Origin: Amphiscolops sp. MND2022
Lineage: Eukaryota
Assembly: GCA_964187785.1 (NCBI GenBank)
Contig: OZ076409.1
Location: forward strand, 77,254,001-77,318,000
DNA: 64,000 bases
Direction of reading: 5' to 3'
A model generated the notes under the pieces. It had not been told where the DNA came from, ran no database searches, and saw only the letters and a program-made list of their open reading frames with translations. Below, in pieces: positions 48,001-61,599 of this stretch (position 1 is the stretch's first letter; each line of letters opens with the position of its first letter). A program made the translations under genes and the position numbers.

Positions 48001-49486
48001 ATGTCAAAATACATTATGAGCCAAATTAACCAAACTATTTTAAAACTGTTTTAAAAGTCACTTGTGATAAAATGGTACAACCGCGAAATTGTTCAAATGA
48101 ACTTTACAAGCTTAGTTACTCACCATTTGTCGCAAGCCATGTAAGTAATTACGGTTCAGAAAATATCACTATGACATTTAAATCTTTTGCAGGGAAGAAC
48201 GTACTCCTCGACCAGACCCCCACTTGATGAAACTGGAAGCCCTTTTGAGTCCTCTTAAAATGTCGCCCAACATCTCGGAACTAGCAGTTGCTTTCGAGGC
48301 CCCGTCACCCGAATCATCTCACGTCTCATTCTCACCCAAAAAGTCCTCAAACCAATTTAGTAGCACCTTCAAGCTGATGAAAGAAATATACAAACCCCAG
48401 CTGATGAACTCTCCCAATGGATCACCTTCATTGACACCCAGGGGTACAAAAGAAATTAACAAAACCACCAAAAACAGTCAAACTAAAGTTGCAACAACTC
48501 GCCCAAACTCGACACAGCCGATTCCAACTGAATTAAATTCGCCGTCTAGAATTTCCATTGCCAGTCTAACGTTCTTCGAGGATCTTAAACCTTTTGAGAA
48601 AGTCCGAAACCCAGAAAACCCTACAGACCAGGAGAATCTTTCTTCTCCCGTGTCGACACGAGTAATTAAAGGTAAGAAGAAGATCCATAAAGATGAAAAC
48701 CCGGCGCTTCGAGGTAACAGAAAAGAAAAATCTACAAAAAATTTGGAAGGCGATTCCAGTAAACTTGGAGACAGAAATGACCGGAACAGTTTAACTACTA
48801 TCACTTTTGGGTCAAAAGAAGTGCCCAATGAGGTCGAGTTCTCAACAACCACCAAACAATATTCAGAGCCCAAAAACACCAGCCTGGATCTTAGCAAGTA
48901 CCTGAAAACTTCTAGAGGTGCTGCAGAATTCAGAACTCAGTATATATCAATCACGGCTCCAAAACCCCAAATGGATTCAAGATTATCAGATGGAATTACC
49001 AGCCAAAGGTCCGTGTCATCATCAAACGCTTTATCGCCTTTCAAGAATAAACGCATCAAAAGTGCACCTGCGAACACGAGACTGAAGTTTCAGCCCAAAT
49101 CTGGAAGCTCTCGCGCTGAAAAGGTTTCATTTTTATGTTTGAGACTGTTGTCTCACTTTTATTCTTCTGAAATAAAACTCATTTTGTATTCCCATGCCAA
49201 ACGTTGTCTGGGCCAAATAGCGGAAGCCACAAAATCCAAGTTTGCGTATTCAAAATATGACAATCATTCAGAAAAAAATATGAATGAAGCAGGCATTTCA
49301 AAATAGTATAATATTAAACTTTTACTTTCAAGTATCTTTTTTTTTCAGATTGACGAGTTGGGATCTTTGATTCTGCTGCCGAGTAACGAAAAGAATACAA
49401 ACAAAAAACATCTACTAGTATTTGAAAGAGATCCTTTGAACCCCAACAGGGTGGCTACATCAGCACGACCTCTGAGAAAACTCTGA
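45095..49486 (+). CDS. Multi-exon host gene, Ser/Pro/Thr/Glu-rich protein of unknown function (>=670 aa; 5' end uncertain)
   Basis: Exons 45095-45408, 46436-46533, 47008-47545, 48193-49123, 49349-49486 join in one stop-free frame through GT-AG introns with phases 2, 1, 2, 0, ending ...SARPLRKL*. A possible phase-compatible first exon is 41662-41871. Confidence 0.8.
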
Positions 49487-51284
49487 TAATTTTTTTAGGT
49501 AGTTAAAAATATTTTTTGTTTTACATTGAGCTTTTGTGTTACCAGACAGTTTTGTACAAGTTGGAGGATTTATTTTGAAAACTACATCTTAACGTCTTAA
49601 ATTTATTCAAAGTGAACTTTGTACTTCTTAAGTATACTTCTTAAGTGTTATTTACAACTGAAAATCAGGGAATTTGCATGGTGTTTGGTTTCGAGCTTCG
49701 AATTTTCATCAATGTATGATGCCATGAAAAAAGTTCTTAAGTTTGAAATGAAGGTTACAAGATAACCGCTTAACGCCAAGAAGAAACTAAGGCAAGCTAG
49801 GGTACAATGTTTCCACCTAAGTGGTCAAGCAATGGTCGGCTTGAAGCTGTGGTTTGAAAGTGACTTGCTCAAAGTCACAAATGTCTGACTACTCACGTCG
49901 GCTCTTTTTGTTTTTGCCTTTCTCCGCCAAATCTGTTATTTTTTGTCATTGACCAAACCGCTAAGCTAGGTATGAAAGACTTGCCAAAGGCCCAACAAGG
50001 GTCATTAGAGGGAGTTTCGAAATTGATACCGACCCAGTACAAGCCGAATGCTCTAACCACTTCATCATGCTCCCCTTTGAACCAGCGAGACACTCAAGAC
50101 ACTCAATCAAAACATTCTTACAGCGATGATGTTTGCAAATATGGGGTACTAGAGTACACTTTCCAATTCGCTATATTATAAAAAGCAATAGTACAATTGG
50201 CGGGGCTCATTGTTTTTTTTAAAAACGACAGGTAGAATTTCTGCCTCAAATAAATTGCCGTTTAATACTGTCCGAATCCAACCTAACATGAAATTGCATG
50301 CATTTCTAAGCATTCCGGGACTCAGTTTACTAAAGGACGCCTGACATTTCAAAAACAAAAATTTTTTAAAATTTGGTTTCTTCGAGTCGAAAGGGAAGCA
50401 TTCGTAAACTAGGAGAAAATGGAGGCCAGCTAAGCATGAAAGGCGTACATTCTGCTGACAGCTTTTTCGTAACGTCACGAAACATAGAGGCTTGCAGAAA
50501 GTTTTGGTTTCAACATTTGGTTTTGTCGAAAACATTCCAATATTCGTTTTTTGACCTGACATTAAAAAAAGTATCAAAAGCACCTGACGACCATCTTGAA
50601 TCCTAGGAGTTGTATTCCGGGTGCAATTCCACTCGAATCAGACCAACTTGACTTGACTGGGTTATCTAATTCTAACAGTTGTCCGAACGAAGAAGGCAAG
50701 CTGAGGTTGGTAACTAAGGATTTAGTATTTGTTAGGAGTCTTTCGTTGCGAACTCAACGGCATATGTCTAGTACAAACGTATAGTAGTTCGCATGTAATA
50801 GTTTTAAATCAATAAATCATGTGTAACCGCATGTTCGTAGCAATGCTTTGTATTTTTTGAAAATGAATTCAGGCGTTAGTTCTTCTAAAACACTTGGGTG
50901 GTAAAAAACAATCTTTGAAAGACTTTGCCAACCACGCTCACAATTCCTCAAACAGGCTTTGGTTTCCTACAGTAGTTTGACGTCACAGTCACTGCGAAAT
51001 TTTCAAGGTTTTCAAAACCACAACGGGGTAGATTTTGAATATAAGTTTCTAAACTGTAGAATATACTTGAATATGCGTTGAGAGTTTGCTAAATAGTTAT
51101 TATTATTTTCCGCCCACATATAATGGGGGAGGAAAATCATAATCTGTGTTGCGTTTTTTTTTCAAAGCCTGTCAAATCTCCACGATCTCCATGGAGTCAA
51201 GTACCTAAAATAGTCAAGTCAAGTGATAGTTTTTTGACTGTTTCAATTACTTGTTTATGTAACTGTCTGTTAGATGCTATTTCA

Positions 51285-51356
51285 GGTACGGTAGCTCAAT
51301 TGGTAGTGCATCCGCCTATCAATCAGTAGGTTGTCGGTTCGAATCTCGTCTCCGCC
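51285..51356 (+). pseudogene. tRNA pseudogene or tRNA-derived SINE head
   Basis: A box TAGCTCAATTGG, B box GGTTCGAATCT and a following T-run. Acceptor and anticodon stems pair poorly. Confidence 0.6.
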
Positions 51357-53290
51357 TTTTTTGTTTTTTGACAAGGAGAAAAATATCCCGGTGTTTCGCG
51401 GGCGTCTTGTAAACTGATAAATTTTGAAATACATTGGACCATGTTTCCTATCCCCCAGGAACACCTTGTTTTGAATCTCCACCCCCACAACACGAAGAAC
51501 ATTCTTTTCTTCAAGCAAAATTTTTCAATAAAAAGAGAACATTATATGATTGTAAATACTTAGAGGGTTGTCGCTAGAGCTGATTTGACACTTTAAGGAA
51601 TTCATAGATTTTGGCGTTCTCATAAAAAACCCCTTATATAGCGCGAAGTCCAGACCGTAGACAGAACCATGTTGACTACGATTCTAGACTCGAAGAAAGA
51701 GTGAAAGCAGGTAAAAAATAAGTTTATAGCGTATTTTGAATTGCTTATTCGGCAAATTTGTGATTACTTAGTGTACGATATTTTTCGCCATCTAAATATA
51801 ATTTAAAAATGATGTGAGCGATGTGATTTTTGGAATCGGTTAAAACAGAGTGGATTTCTTTGCTCGAACTTGACTAAGTTTCAGTTTCAGGCCGAAACGA
51901 TTTTAAGTTTGACATTGAGCGTCGAGCTCCGAGCGTCGACAAAACGGAAACCCCTCATTTGGATTAACTCAAATTTCTCGAGGACTAATAGTCGTAGAGA
52001 TCTGAAATTCGGCACACGTATACATGAGTTGTGATGCGATTTGTTTATGAGGCTGAAACCGAGCCGGAAGCACCCCGTCCTACGCGATGCTATAGCTTTC
52101 CTACGCTACGCGGGCGTGTCGGCAGAACTTGGAATAAGTCGTATTACATATGGTTATGATTGCCCATAGAACTATATGCCATTGCGTTGTTGTTGGAACC
52201 CTTGTGCATAGTGCAAGCCAACGGGAGCACGGACCCTATATAAACAAACCCCGAATGTTATGTGAATTGTCAGAAGTTGATGCAATGATCAGAAGCTTTT
52301 CAAAGATGTTCAACTACTAACTCTAATTCAAATACATGGAAGTAAAATCAATCGACCCATAGTGCGAGGGTTTTTTTATCTAGGCCACCGGAGGCGCGGG
52401 CCCGGCAGAAAAGAACTACTTGACTTTGGCTTGTAATACCTCAAACGAACAGCGATATTGATTGTAGTCGATTACTAACATGAATGGAATTCTGTTTGTA
52501 ATCCATTCGGGGGTAATTGCCTCTAGTAAACAAACGATACGCACATCGTGTAACCCGGAAACTATTGACCTCAGAACTATATACCTTGGCATGTAGGAAC
52601 GTTAGATGACAAAATTAACTTCAAGGTTGTCGATACCACTGAACATTCGGAAAAGAGTGCATTGGAATTTGTAACTCAGCGTCAATTGCAATATACTTTA
52701 TGCATTTCTAATAGGCGAGTTTAATCTCGGAGAACCACACTCAGACTCAGGTAAGAATACTCCCACGTGTAGAAAACGTGTTACACATGTAGTTGAAGGT
52801 CATTGAGCTATGTCTCGATATTAGAATTGTCTTTGAAAACTTGAAACTTCACGGAAAGTGAAATTCACTCAGGCTGTTGAACAATTTATCATTAGAGGCA
52901 AAGAATGATTGAATAAAAGATGTCTAGTGGCGTTGCCTTGCCATGAAATGGAAAGGTAAATATGAAGGTAAACCCTTGCAAATTTTAGATGCTGGCGCGC
53001 AATAGCAAAAATGCTAAATGTTATGAAAAGATGTAACCACCCGAGCCACGAACGAAAAACAAAACACAGAAAAGAAAACTTGAAATAGAATCGAAAAGAG
53101 ACAGTCGAGTTAGAGAGCTAGAGGCAAGTTGAAGTTCGGAAGATCTTTTTCTAGATGATTGTGTTGTCGATAGCTCAGAATAGCGTTTCTGACAAGTTCG
53201 GAACTTGTGATTTGGTTGAAGTTGGAGCTTTAACAAGATTGAATTAGGCCCAAAAAAACTGGCTGAACCGCGGAGTTGATTGTTGTCGTT

Positions 53291-53847
53291 TTTTTTAGTC
53301 GGCGCTTTTCGAAGAAAAACGCAGACTATTGTAGTGACTTCTTTTTTTAAGACCAACGACCTGAAAGATTTTATAAAGAGTTATAAATAGCTGAGCTGAC
53401 TTCACTGCACTAACAGTAACTGCAACGCTAGCTATCACTGCTGGCACTTGGCATAGAGGTTAATTAAGCTTTTTGAGGTCTGCCAAGCAGAAGGACGTGG
53501 GTTCGAGTCCCGTCCTTGATCAAATTTTTTAGTGCAGGTTTTTTTCGGCTTGGTGAGATTTTTTTCGCAAATTTTTTTAATGTCTCCAAAGGGTCCACCC
53601 TTCATTTTTTTCTATTTTGCATAAGAATGGATGTTCAAAACCTCCCAAAGGGCCCCTTTTACAATTTTTCGGCACTATGCGACTTACCGGAGACCAAAAA
53701 ATTTCGAAAAAAATTCAAAAAAAATCGGATTTTTTTTTAATTTTTCCTCACGCGGGTACTGTAGAAGAGAATACTTGACACTTTGAAGTCCTTTTGCTAT
53801 TTTTGAGCCTTAGATATGGCGCCGACTTGGGCCGTTCCCGGCTTGTT
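53291..53847 (+). mobile_element. Helentron/DINE-1-like non-autonomous element with internal tRNA-like boxes
   Basis: Head TTTTAGTCGGCGCTTTTC, tail GGCGCCGACTTGGGCCGTTCCCGGCTTGTT, internal TGGCATAGAGG...GGTTCGAGTCCC. Confidence 0.78.
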
Positions 53848-54109
53848 ATTATCAGAAACTTGTTTGTCAAATAACCAAACTAGATTGTTTGTAGTTAACG
53901 TATTCGATTGGAGTTTGCAATTTTAATTGTTATACTCAATTGATTAATTACGGTTTCTCAATCGATAGGCTTTAACCGGTAGAGCAAAAACCGCAGAGAG
54001 AAATTTACAGTAATTTCAACCGACGTGGGTCATCCTCCACAACAACTTTCATCTTGTTAAGTTTCCAATTGGAAGCAAAACTCTCCCCGAACCCCCAAAA
54101 TTGGGTTTT

Positions 54110-54365
54110 CTTACACACTTCAGCAAAAAATATAAGCTATTTTGTTTTCAAATATTATTGTCCAAAATAGCATAAATTTACGTTTGGAACAAGCTGAAAT
54201 GGTATAAAAAGGCTCCTATCTCAATGCAGATTTTCTCCGCCATAAAAACAACTGAGCAACTTTTAATTTGCAGTAAATGAAAAGATAAGATTAATGCAAT
54301 ATCAAGTTTATTTTTGAACAAAAATTTCAACGCAAACGATGTCGACATAATGGTACTTGAAACTT
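54110..54365 (-). repeat. Fragment of the same MITE family as 184-6746, lacking the Gypsy insertion
   Basis: Its reverse complement aligns to ~255-418 joined to ~6504-6590. Confidence 0.7.
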
Positions 54366-55859
54366 GTTTCTTATTCCCGCGGCTATATAAGAATTCAACA
54401 ACGTATACGTATTAAACACGTAAAGGCAGGTTTTTTGCCGCACTATTGAAAAACTACAGTTTAGACAAAGATTCATTTTGATTGGCAGCCTTTTACAAAG
54501 GCTAACGCAGTCGAGCGTCAAGTGCCTCTGAATGAGGTAATCTGACTCTTACGATAGATTCAATCATCAGATTTTTGTCATATGGCCTTAAAAGCATTTT
54601 CATTTCATTTGATGACGATCTTGATGATTTTTATCATTCTCAAATCACCATTTTCAATAATTCAGTTGTACGCTTTTATAATAAAGCTTTCACATTAATT
54701 TTTTCTTCCTTCCATAATAACTGCAAAATTGATCTCCCAGATTGCTTTTTTTCATTCTAGAAATTTTTTTGCTGAGCAGCCAACAAGATCTAACCAGTTG
54801 ATAAACTCTAGCGCGTAAGTTTTCTTTTGTGTTCTTGGTCATCTTAACGTCACATTCAAAATTCAGTTGTTTTTATGTAAGAAAATAGAATTAGCAGAGC
54901 AGAATTTCCGTATTTGGTTTAATTAGCAACAAACAGCGTCGGTAGTCAGCTCCAGTGCCAAGACTGAAAAAACTTCTTGATTTTCGCTAAAACAACTTAC
55001 GCACAAATCATACTCATTGGAAAATCAGTAAATTGAACGTCGCAGCTAATTTGCTTGGGATTTTTTTTGTCTATTAACCAACACTCAAATCCACCCCCAC
55101 AGTAAGCGCTGAAAATAAAATCCCCTGTATGAGCGATGCGTTTCAGTTCAGTTAGAGTTATAAAATACTGCAATTTGATTGGTCGTTACTACTAATCCAG
55201 CGTTCGACATCTTGAAAATCTTGCCAAGATCTTGAAAAATCTTAGGTTTTGTATTGACATCTTGATATTTTTGGTAAGATGTTGGATTTCATCTTGGATA
55301 TTTTGATAAGATCTTGGATCTTGGAAATCCTGGTAAGATCTTGGATCTTGAATATCTTGGCCAGATCTTGGATTTTGTCTTGACATCTTGAAAATCTTGA
55401 ATTAATTCAATGATAATTTCACTTGAGCGCTTGAATGGGGGATGTTATATGGGTGGGGGTACTAACAAAAAAGATCTTTTGCTTGTATCCTCGAGTTCAC
55501 CGAACTCCACGGGTATTAAGTTAATGGTAATCAGACTTCAGATGTTTAAAGTGATTGAAAGTCTGATTACCGAATAACAACTATCCAAATAGAGGCCGCA
55601 ACTTGAGTGATAATGAAAGACGAACAAAAACTAAATCGTTAAAGTGTTGTATTCTGAGAACTTGCGTTCGCTAGTTTTGAAAGGATAAAAGAAAGACTAC
55701 CAAGATTGTATTAAATACCGCAATCCCCTTCTAAGCGGAGCAATGGTCGATCGGTTACTGTCTTTACAATCGGCAAGCCTCCGAGATCGATAACTTTTTA
55801 AATGAACTATAAGCGAGTGAAATGCTACTTTGATGTGCGTGCGAATGGGACCTTCGATG

Positions 55860-58610
55860 TGTCACGACTTTTTTGAAAATGAATGCCCGACTCTTACAGT
55901 GGCAAGTGTTTTTAGTCGGCACTTTTCCATTAAGGGAAAAATGCCCGACTATAGCAGTGACTGTTTTTAGTCGGCGCCTTTTCCCTTAAGGAAAAAAGCC
56001 CGACTATTACAGAGGGGAGTTTTTAGTCGGCGCCTTTTCCCTTAAGGAAAAAAGCCCGACTCTTACAGTGAGTAGTTTTTTTTAGTCGGCGCCTTTTCCC
56101 TTAAGGAAAAAAGCCCGACTCTTACAGTGAGTAGTTTTTTTTTGTTTTTTTTTCAGTTGAGAATCTCACTCTGAGTGGTCCACTTTTCTTACAATTTTTG
56201 TTCATCTTTCATATTTGTTCATCTTCCATCTTCGACCCAGCCGGAGAGCGTGGGTTCGAATCCCGCACTAAACCATAAATTTTTTAATGCTTCCAAAAGT
56301 ACAGGTGAGACCAAAGGGTCCCCCTTTTGGGTTTTTTTTCAGCACTATGCGACTTTTTTTCGAAAACTTTCGAAATTTATCAAAGGGTACCCCCTTGAAT
56401 TTTTTTGAAGTTTTCGGTTTGTAGAAAACGTTGAATGAGCCTGAATGGCCTCTTTTTGAGTTTTTCGGCATTGTGCGACCTAAAAAATACTTTTTTTCGA
56501 AAAAAAATCAATTTTTTTTGAAAAAAATTTTTTTTCCAAATTTTTCCAATAGTTGTTCCTTGAATATTTTTGAGCCTAAGATATGGCGCCGACTTGGGAC
56601 GTTCCCGTCTTGTTTTTTTTTGTTTTTTTCAGTTGACAATCTCACTCTGAGTGGTCCACTTTTCTTACAATTTGTTCATCTTTCATATTTGTTCATCTTC
56701 CCCCCCTTTGGGTTTTTTTCGGCACTATGCGACTTTATTCGAAAATTTTTGAAATTTATCAAAGGGTACCCCCTTGCATTTTTTTTTGAAATTTTCGGTT
56801 TGTAGAAAACGTTGAATGAGCCTGAATGGCCTTTTTTTGAGTTTTTCGGCATTTTGCGACTTAAAAAATACTTTTTTTCGAAAAAATTTCAAAAATAATT
56901 TTGAAAATTTTTTTTCCAAATTTTTACAATAGTTGTTCCTTGAATATTTTTGAGCCTAAGATATGGCGCCGACTTGGGACGTTCCCGTCTTGTTTTCTTT
57001 TTCAGCTTACAATCTCACTCTGAATGGTCCACTTTTTACAATTTGTTCATCTGTTCTGTTGTTCATCTTCGACTAAATTTCTGAAGCCGGAGAGCGGGGG
57101 TTCGATTCTCGCACTAAACCATAATAATTTTATGCTTCCAAAAGTCCAGCAGGTGAGACCAAAGGGTCCCCTTTGGGTTTTTCCGGCACTCTGCGACTTT
57201 TTTTTGAAAATTTTCGAATATCATCAAAGGGTACCCCTTGCATTTTTTTGAAGTTTTCGGTTTGTAAAAAACGTTTTATGGGCCTAAATGACCTCTTTTT
57301 GGGTTTTTCGGCACTGTGCGACTTTAACCGAATACTTTTAAAAAAATATATATTTTTTTCAAATGCTTCCAATAGTTGCTTTCGGCGTACTGAGACTTTT
57401 TTTCGCAAATTTTTCAAATGTCTCCAAAGGGTCCCCTCCAAATTTTTTTTCTATTTTTTCCTCACGTGGGTTTTGTAGAAGAGAATACCTGACACATTGA
57501 AGTCCTTTTGCTATTTTTGAGCCTTAGATATGGCGCCGACTTGGGCCGTTCCCGGCTTGTTTTTTCTTCAGACTACAATCCTCACACTGATCGTTCCACT
57601 TTTCTTACAATTCTTACAATCTTAAAATCTTACAATTCTTACTTAGCAAATACTTTAAAAGCTTGCGAAGTAGTATTTTTACATCATACAAGAAACGCAA
57701 AGGGAACAAAGGGTACTCCCTTAGAGTACTTTCGGCTCTGTGAGACTTTTTTCCCCAAAGGGTCCCTTCAATTTTTTTGGAGTTTTCCGACAGAACGGAT
57801 GTTGAAAAATCCCAAAAGTCCCCCTTTCAGTTTTTTCGGCATTGTGAGACTTTTTTTCAAAAAAAAATTTTTTCACTAAAAGTGCCCTTCCTTCAATTTT
57901 GTTTGATGATTTGCGACAGAATGGTAGAAAAATCTCAAAGTGTCCCCTCTGGTGCGCCCATTCGGTTCAACTTTTGGGTTTTTCCGGTATCGTAGAAGAG
58001 AATACTTTGACACTTTGAAGTCCTTTTGCTGTTTTTGACCCTTAGATATGGCGCCGACTTGGGCCGTTCCCGGCTTGTTCAGTTTTTTGCAAGATGACAA
58101 TTTCCACACTGAAAGGACCACTTTTCACAACCTTGCAACCTAAGAACTGAGGGGATCTTACAGGTACTAAAGGGTTCATCCCTTTAACTTTTAGTCAGCG
58201 CTTCATAAAGCGAAGCGCGACTATAATAGGGATTTCGTTTTCAATGCACTCGAACTGACGAAAATAATTCTACAAGTTCTACAAAATTTTAAGGCGCCAA
58301 ATTGTACCTTTTGGCCCGGGGAACTGAGTTTTTCCTTTTCTAGCGTAACATACAAAGCCGGACTAAAGGATCACTTTCGATCTTATTCGGCACTGTTCAA
58401 CTTCTTTTCGAAAAATTTCAAATGTTTCCAAAGGTTCACACTATTATTTTTTGATATTTTGCAACAGAACGGATGTTAAAATATAGAGCGCCAGGCGAGC
58501 CAGTTCGGTCTTCTTTTGGTGTTTCGGGTACTGTGGAAGAAAATACTTGACAATTTGAAGTAGTTTTGCTATTTTTAAGCCTTAAGTGTGGCGCCGACGT
58601 TTGCGGCTTC
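55860..58610 (+). mobile_element. Cluster of nested Helentron/DINE-1-like elements
   Basis: Stacked ~56-bp head hairpins (55860-56135), bodies ending at ~56614, ~56994, ~57560, ~58079, and a further copy at ~58190-58610. Confidence 0.8.
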
Positions 58611-60169
58611 TTTTACTTCCGAAGCACATCCGGTTTAGAAATTGTTTGATATTTAATATCAGAGGGTCAAATTCCATTTGTTTGTCAGAAAAATTTTGCT
58701 CTTGATGATTTTCCCCGGAAATAACCTGATAAAAGGTTTTATTAACTTTTAGTTGCTTTGAACCTGTATATCAGGAACTTGCAATCTCATACGGTGTCCA
58801 TGTTTCTGTAATTAGTACAACAAGAACCCAAGCTACGTTTTGCGCTTTTCATTTCGTGAAAAAAAATTCCGCATGGTTTTGGTTTGAATAAACACACGAA
58901 AAACGATTCTCGGATTTAGAAATATAAATTCTTTTACGAACTCGTACGAAATCAATTTTTTTGCTGAATGTTTTTGTACCCTGAATACCCTTGCGAAAAG
59001 TCCGGTGTACAGCACATATGAAGCGATCAACCGTTTCTAACCAGCTGAAACAACCCCAAGATTCAGCAAACTACCATCTTTGAACGGATGGCATAAACAA
59101 TTCAACTTTTTTCTGAAACCTAAAGTGGTTTGGTTTCAATATTTGTTCAAAATGTTGTTTATTTTGTTGTTTTCTTTTCAGTAAAGATTCTTTTAATGTT
59201 GACAAGCTAAAAAGAAGAAAAAGCTCGTTGATCAAATAAATCAGTCAATAGGTAACGTTATCGTTACCTGATTCAAATCAAACCCTTGTTTTTGATGCCC
59301 TAATCCACTTAGTGAGAATGTATGTCACATATTTATAATGTTCTTAAAGCCATGAGACATTTATAGCATAACTATTCTAGAAAATCAGAAATCAAATGTT
59401 GAATTCACACGCGAACTTGCATGATTTTTGCTGCATAGTGCGGTTTGTATGAAACAGCTTATGCGGTATTATTGTTGAAACAGCGAATGCGGTACATTGC
59501 TAAAACAGCACATTCGGTATTGTGACTAAAAGAGACTATTCGGAATTTTCACAAAAACAGCATGATGCTTAGAGGTGAAATGAGCATATTACCTGCGTGA
59601 CAGTGCTAGTGTATTATACTGAAATGTGCAGTTTTCATGAAACAGTACGAGCGGAATTGGGTTAGTAAACTGTATAACTTGTATGTTATTCCGTATTAAT
59701 ATGCTGCTACTACGGCGCTATGTTTGGACTTTCTAGGGTTGTGATGTGATGGTGTGTTTTTCCTCTGACCCTGGAAACATGACGTTATGACGATTTGAGT
59801 AAAATTGACGGTCATGCTCCTAAAAGTAACATCCAATATAATCGCTTGAGAAGGGACCCTGAAAATCAGCATTCCCAACAATCATTCAACAAAAAACACT
59901 CGTACAATACAGTCACTCAAATTCGCCAAACAACTTTGCAGTTTTTAAATTTTGCTTTTCTGTTTCCGTAATATGTCTACCCAAATTGTATTTTCAGCCC
60001 TGTTTTGAAGTTTAATGACTTTCTCTTTCGCGCTGGATATCTGGAAATAAAAGAAATCGACGACCGAGGAGAGCTGAATCTCAGTCTTTCGACAGATAAA
60101 AAAGCACTTCTGAAACAAGCTTTTTACGAGATAATGGGACTTTAGTTGAAATTTCTGAAAATTTTGATT

Positions 60170-61418
60170 ACATGTTTATTAGGAACGTAGTCAGCCAACT
60201 AACAGAACCGTCACGAATCAACAACGAAACAAAATGTATTTCTCAAAGATTGACTGAACAAAATAACACTAAGATGTCACGGTTTGCGGAACAGCTGAAC
60301 AGTAAATATAAAGAGGTACTCAAAGAACCTAGTGCAAACAAAATTTATAACTCATCAAGTAGAGAATAATATGCTGAGAACGGAAGACCTGTTCCTTCTA
60401 TCATGGGAAGTTAGTTTATCCGGTAAAAACGCGCATCAAAAACCGAAATGAATAAAGACAAAAGTCAGGATACTTACTTCCAATTCTCAGAAATGAAAGA
60501 ACTAAATCAACTTTAACTTATCTGGGAATTGTAGATGAGACAGTAAAACATACCATCATATTTATTAGATATAGACCGGAAACCAATATCACTTGGTGAC
60601 AGTACCTACCAAGAACATCTTGAGGAAACCATCAAACAATTCAAACCTCACAAACACACTAGGACCAAACGCCGAACATTTTTTTAATCGAGCATCATCA
60701 ACCACACAGAACCCGTCAATCAGATTGCCCAAGCAGTCGAGCAGCTAGCAAGAAGAAACGCAGAACCATCTTTCTTTCACACGAAAAAACACTCACTTTC
60801 AACAGGAAACGAAAAAAAAACGAGAAATTGGAGTACTTCGAAGATCTGTTTCACACAACACTCAAAATGCAACCTCATCTAACTGAAGAATTGAAAATCG
60901 ACCATTTTCACGCCCATCTCAGCGGATTAGCGTTGAAAACTTTCAGAAACATTTAACAGACTCCTGCAATTAACTCGAAGACATCTTATTCCAGCAAAAC
61001 ATATATTCAACATGTATATGTTCCAACCTGAAAACCAGAAACTACTCGTTTTTCTTGAAGACCTTCGAAAAAATGCTGAAAAAGATTTTGCTGAAGCAGC
61101 ACCTCAGATGATTGGAAGTCTGCTACATGCAAAATATCCCCTCACTTGAAGAAATTGATGAACCAAGCGTACCTCAAGAATGGTACATCGAAACAAAGTG
61201 TACGACACTTGGAATGAAAAATGGCGCTCAATAGACTCGAAGCAGACGAGCATCTAGCAAAAACACAGATGACTGGTGTAAAACAACAACCTAGCTCACA
61301 AATCGCTAAACTGCTGTCGCAAAAAACAAAAACTTCAAACACGGTCCCCAATGACACTCTTCAAACTAACCAATTTCGTTATTGCAGGACGAAGGCCACT
61401 TATCCAAAGAGCATTTAA
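60170..61418 (+). pseudogene. Heavily decayed gag relic related to the 8250-25989 family
   Basis: EKLEYFEDLFHTTLKMQPHLTEELKIDHFHAHL..LALKTFRNI (~60820-60955) matches EKFNFFEDLFHTMIKMLTDMTETMKINHPHSLL..ASKTFRNI. TGGTGACAG at 60594 has a coiled-coil-like ORF upstream. Confidence 0.75.
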
Positions 61419-61599
61419 AACTTGCAAAACGACTGAAATTACTATGATGTGCTTATGATTAATGCTGCATTGGGCGGTTTGTATTGAACATGATTTGAAG
61501 TATTTCTGGTAAAACATCATTTGTCGTAATGTGGTGGAAACAGCCTATGCGGAATCTTCTCAAAATGACCATGATGTGACATAAACTAGAACATGACAA

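Noticed and set aside
51285..51356. Functional tRNA gene
   Set aside because: The acceptor stem (GGTACGG vs CTCCGCC) and the anticodon stem do not pair.
55910..56135. CRISPR-like array of palindromic repeats
   Set aside because: The intervening sequences are near-identical rather than unique spacers, there are no cas genes, the context is eukaryotic, and the units match the heads of the dispersed Helentron-like family.
53516..58121. Phe/Lys-rich ORFs in the ORF track
   Set aside because: Chance frames through T- and A-run-rich repeats.
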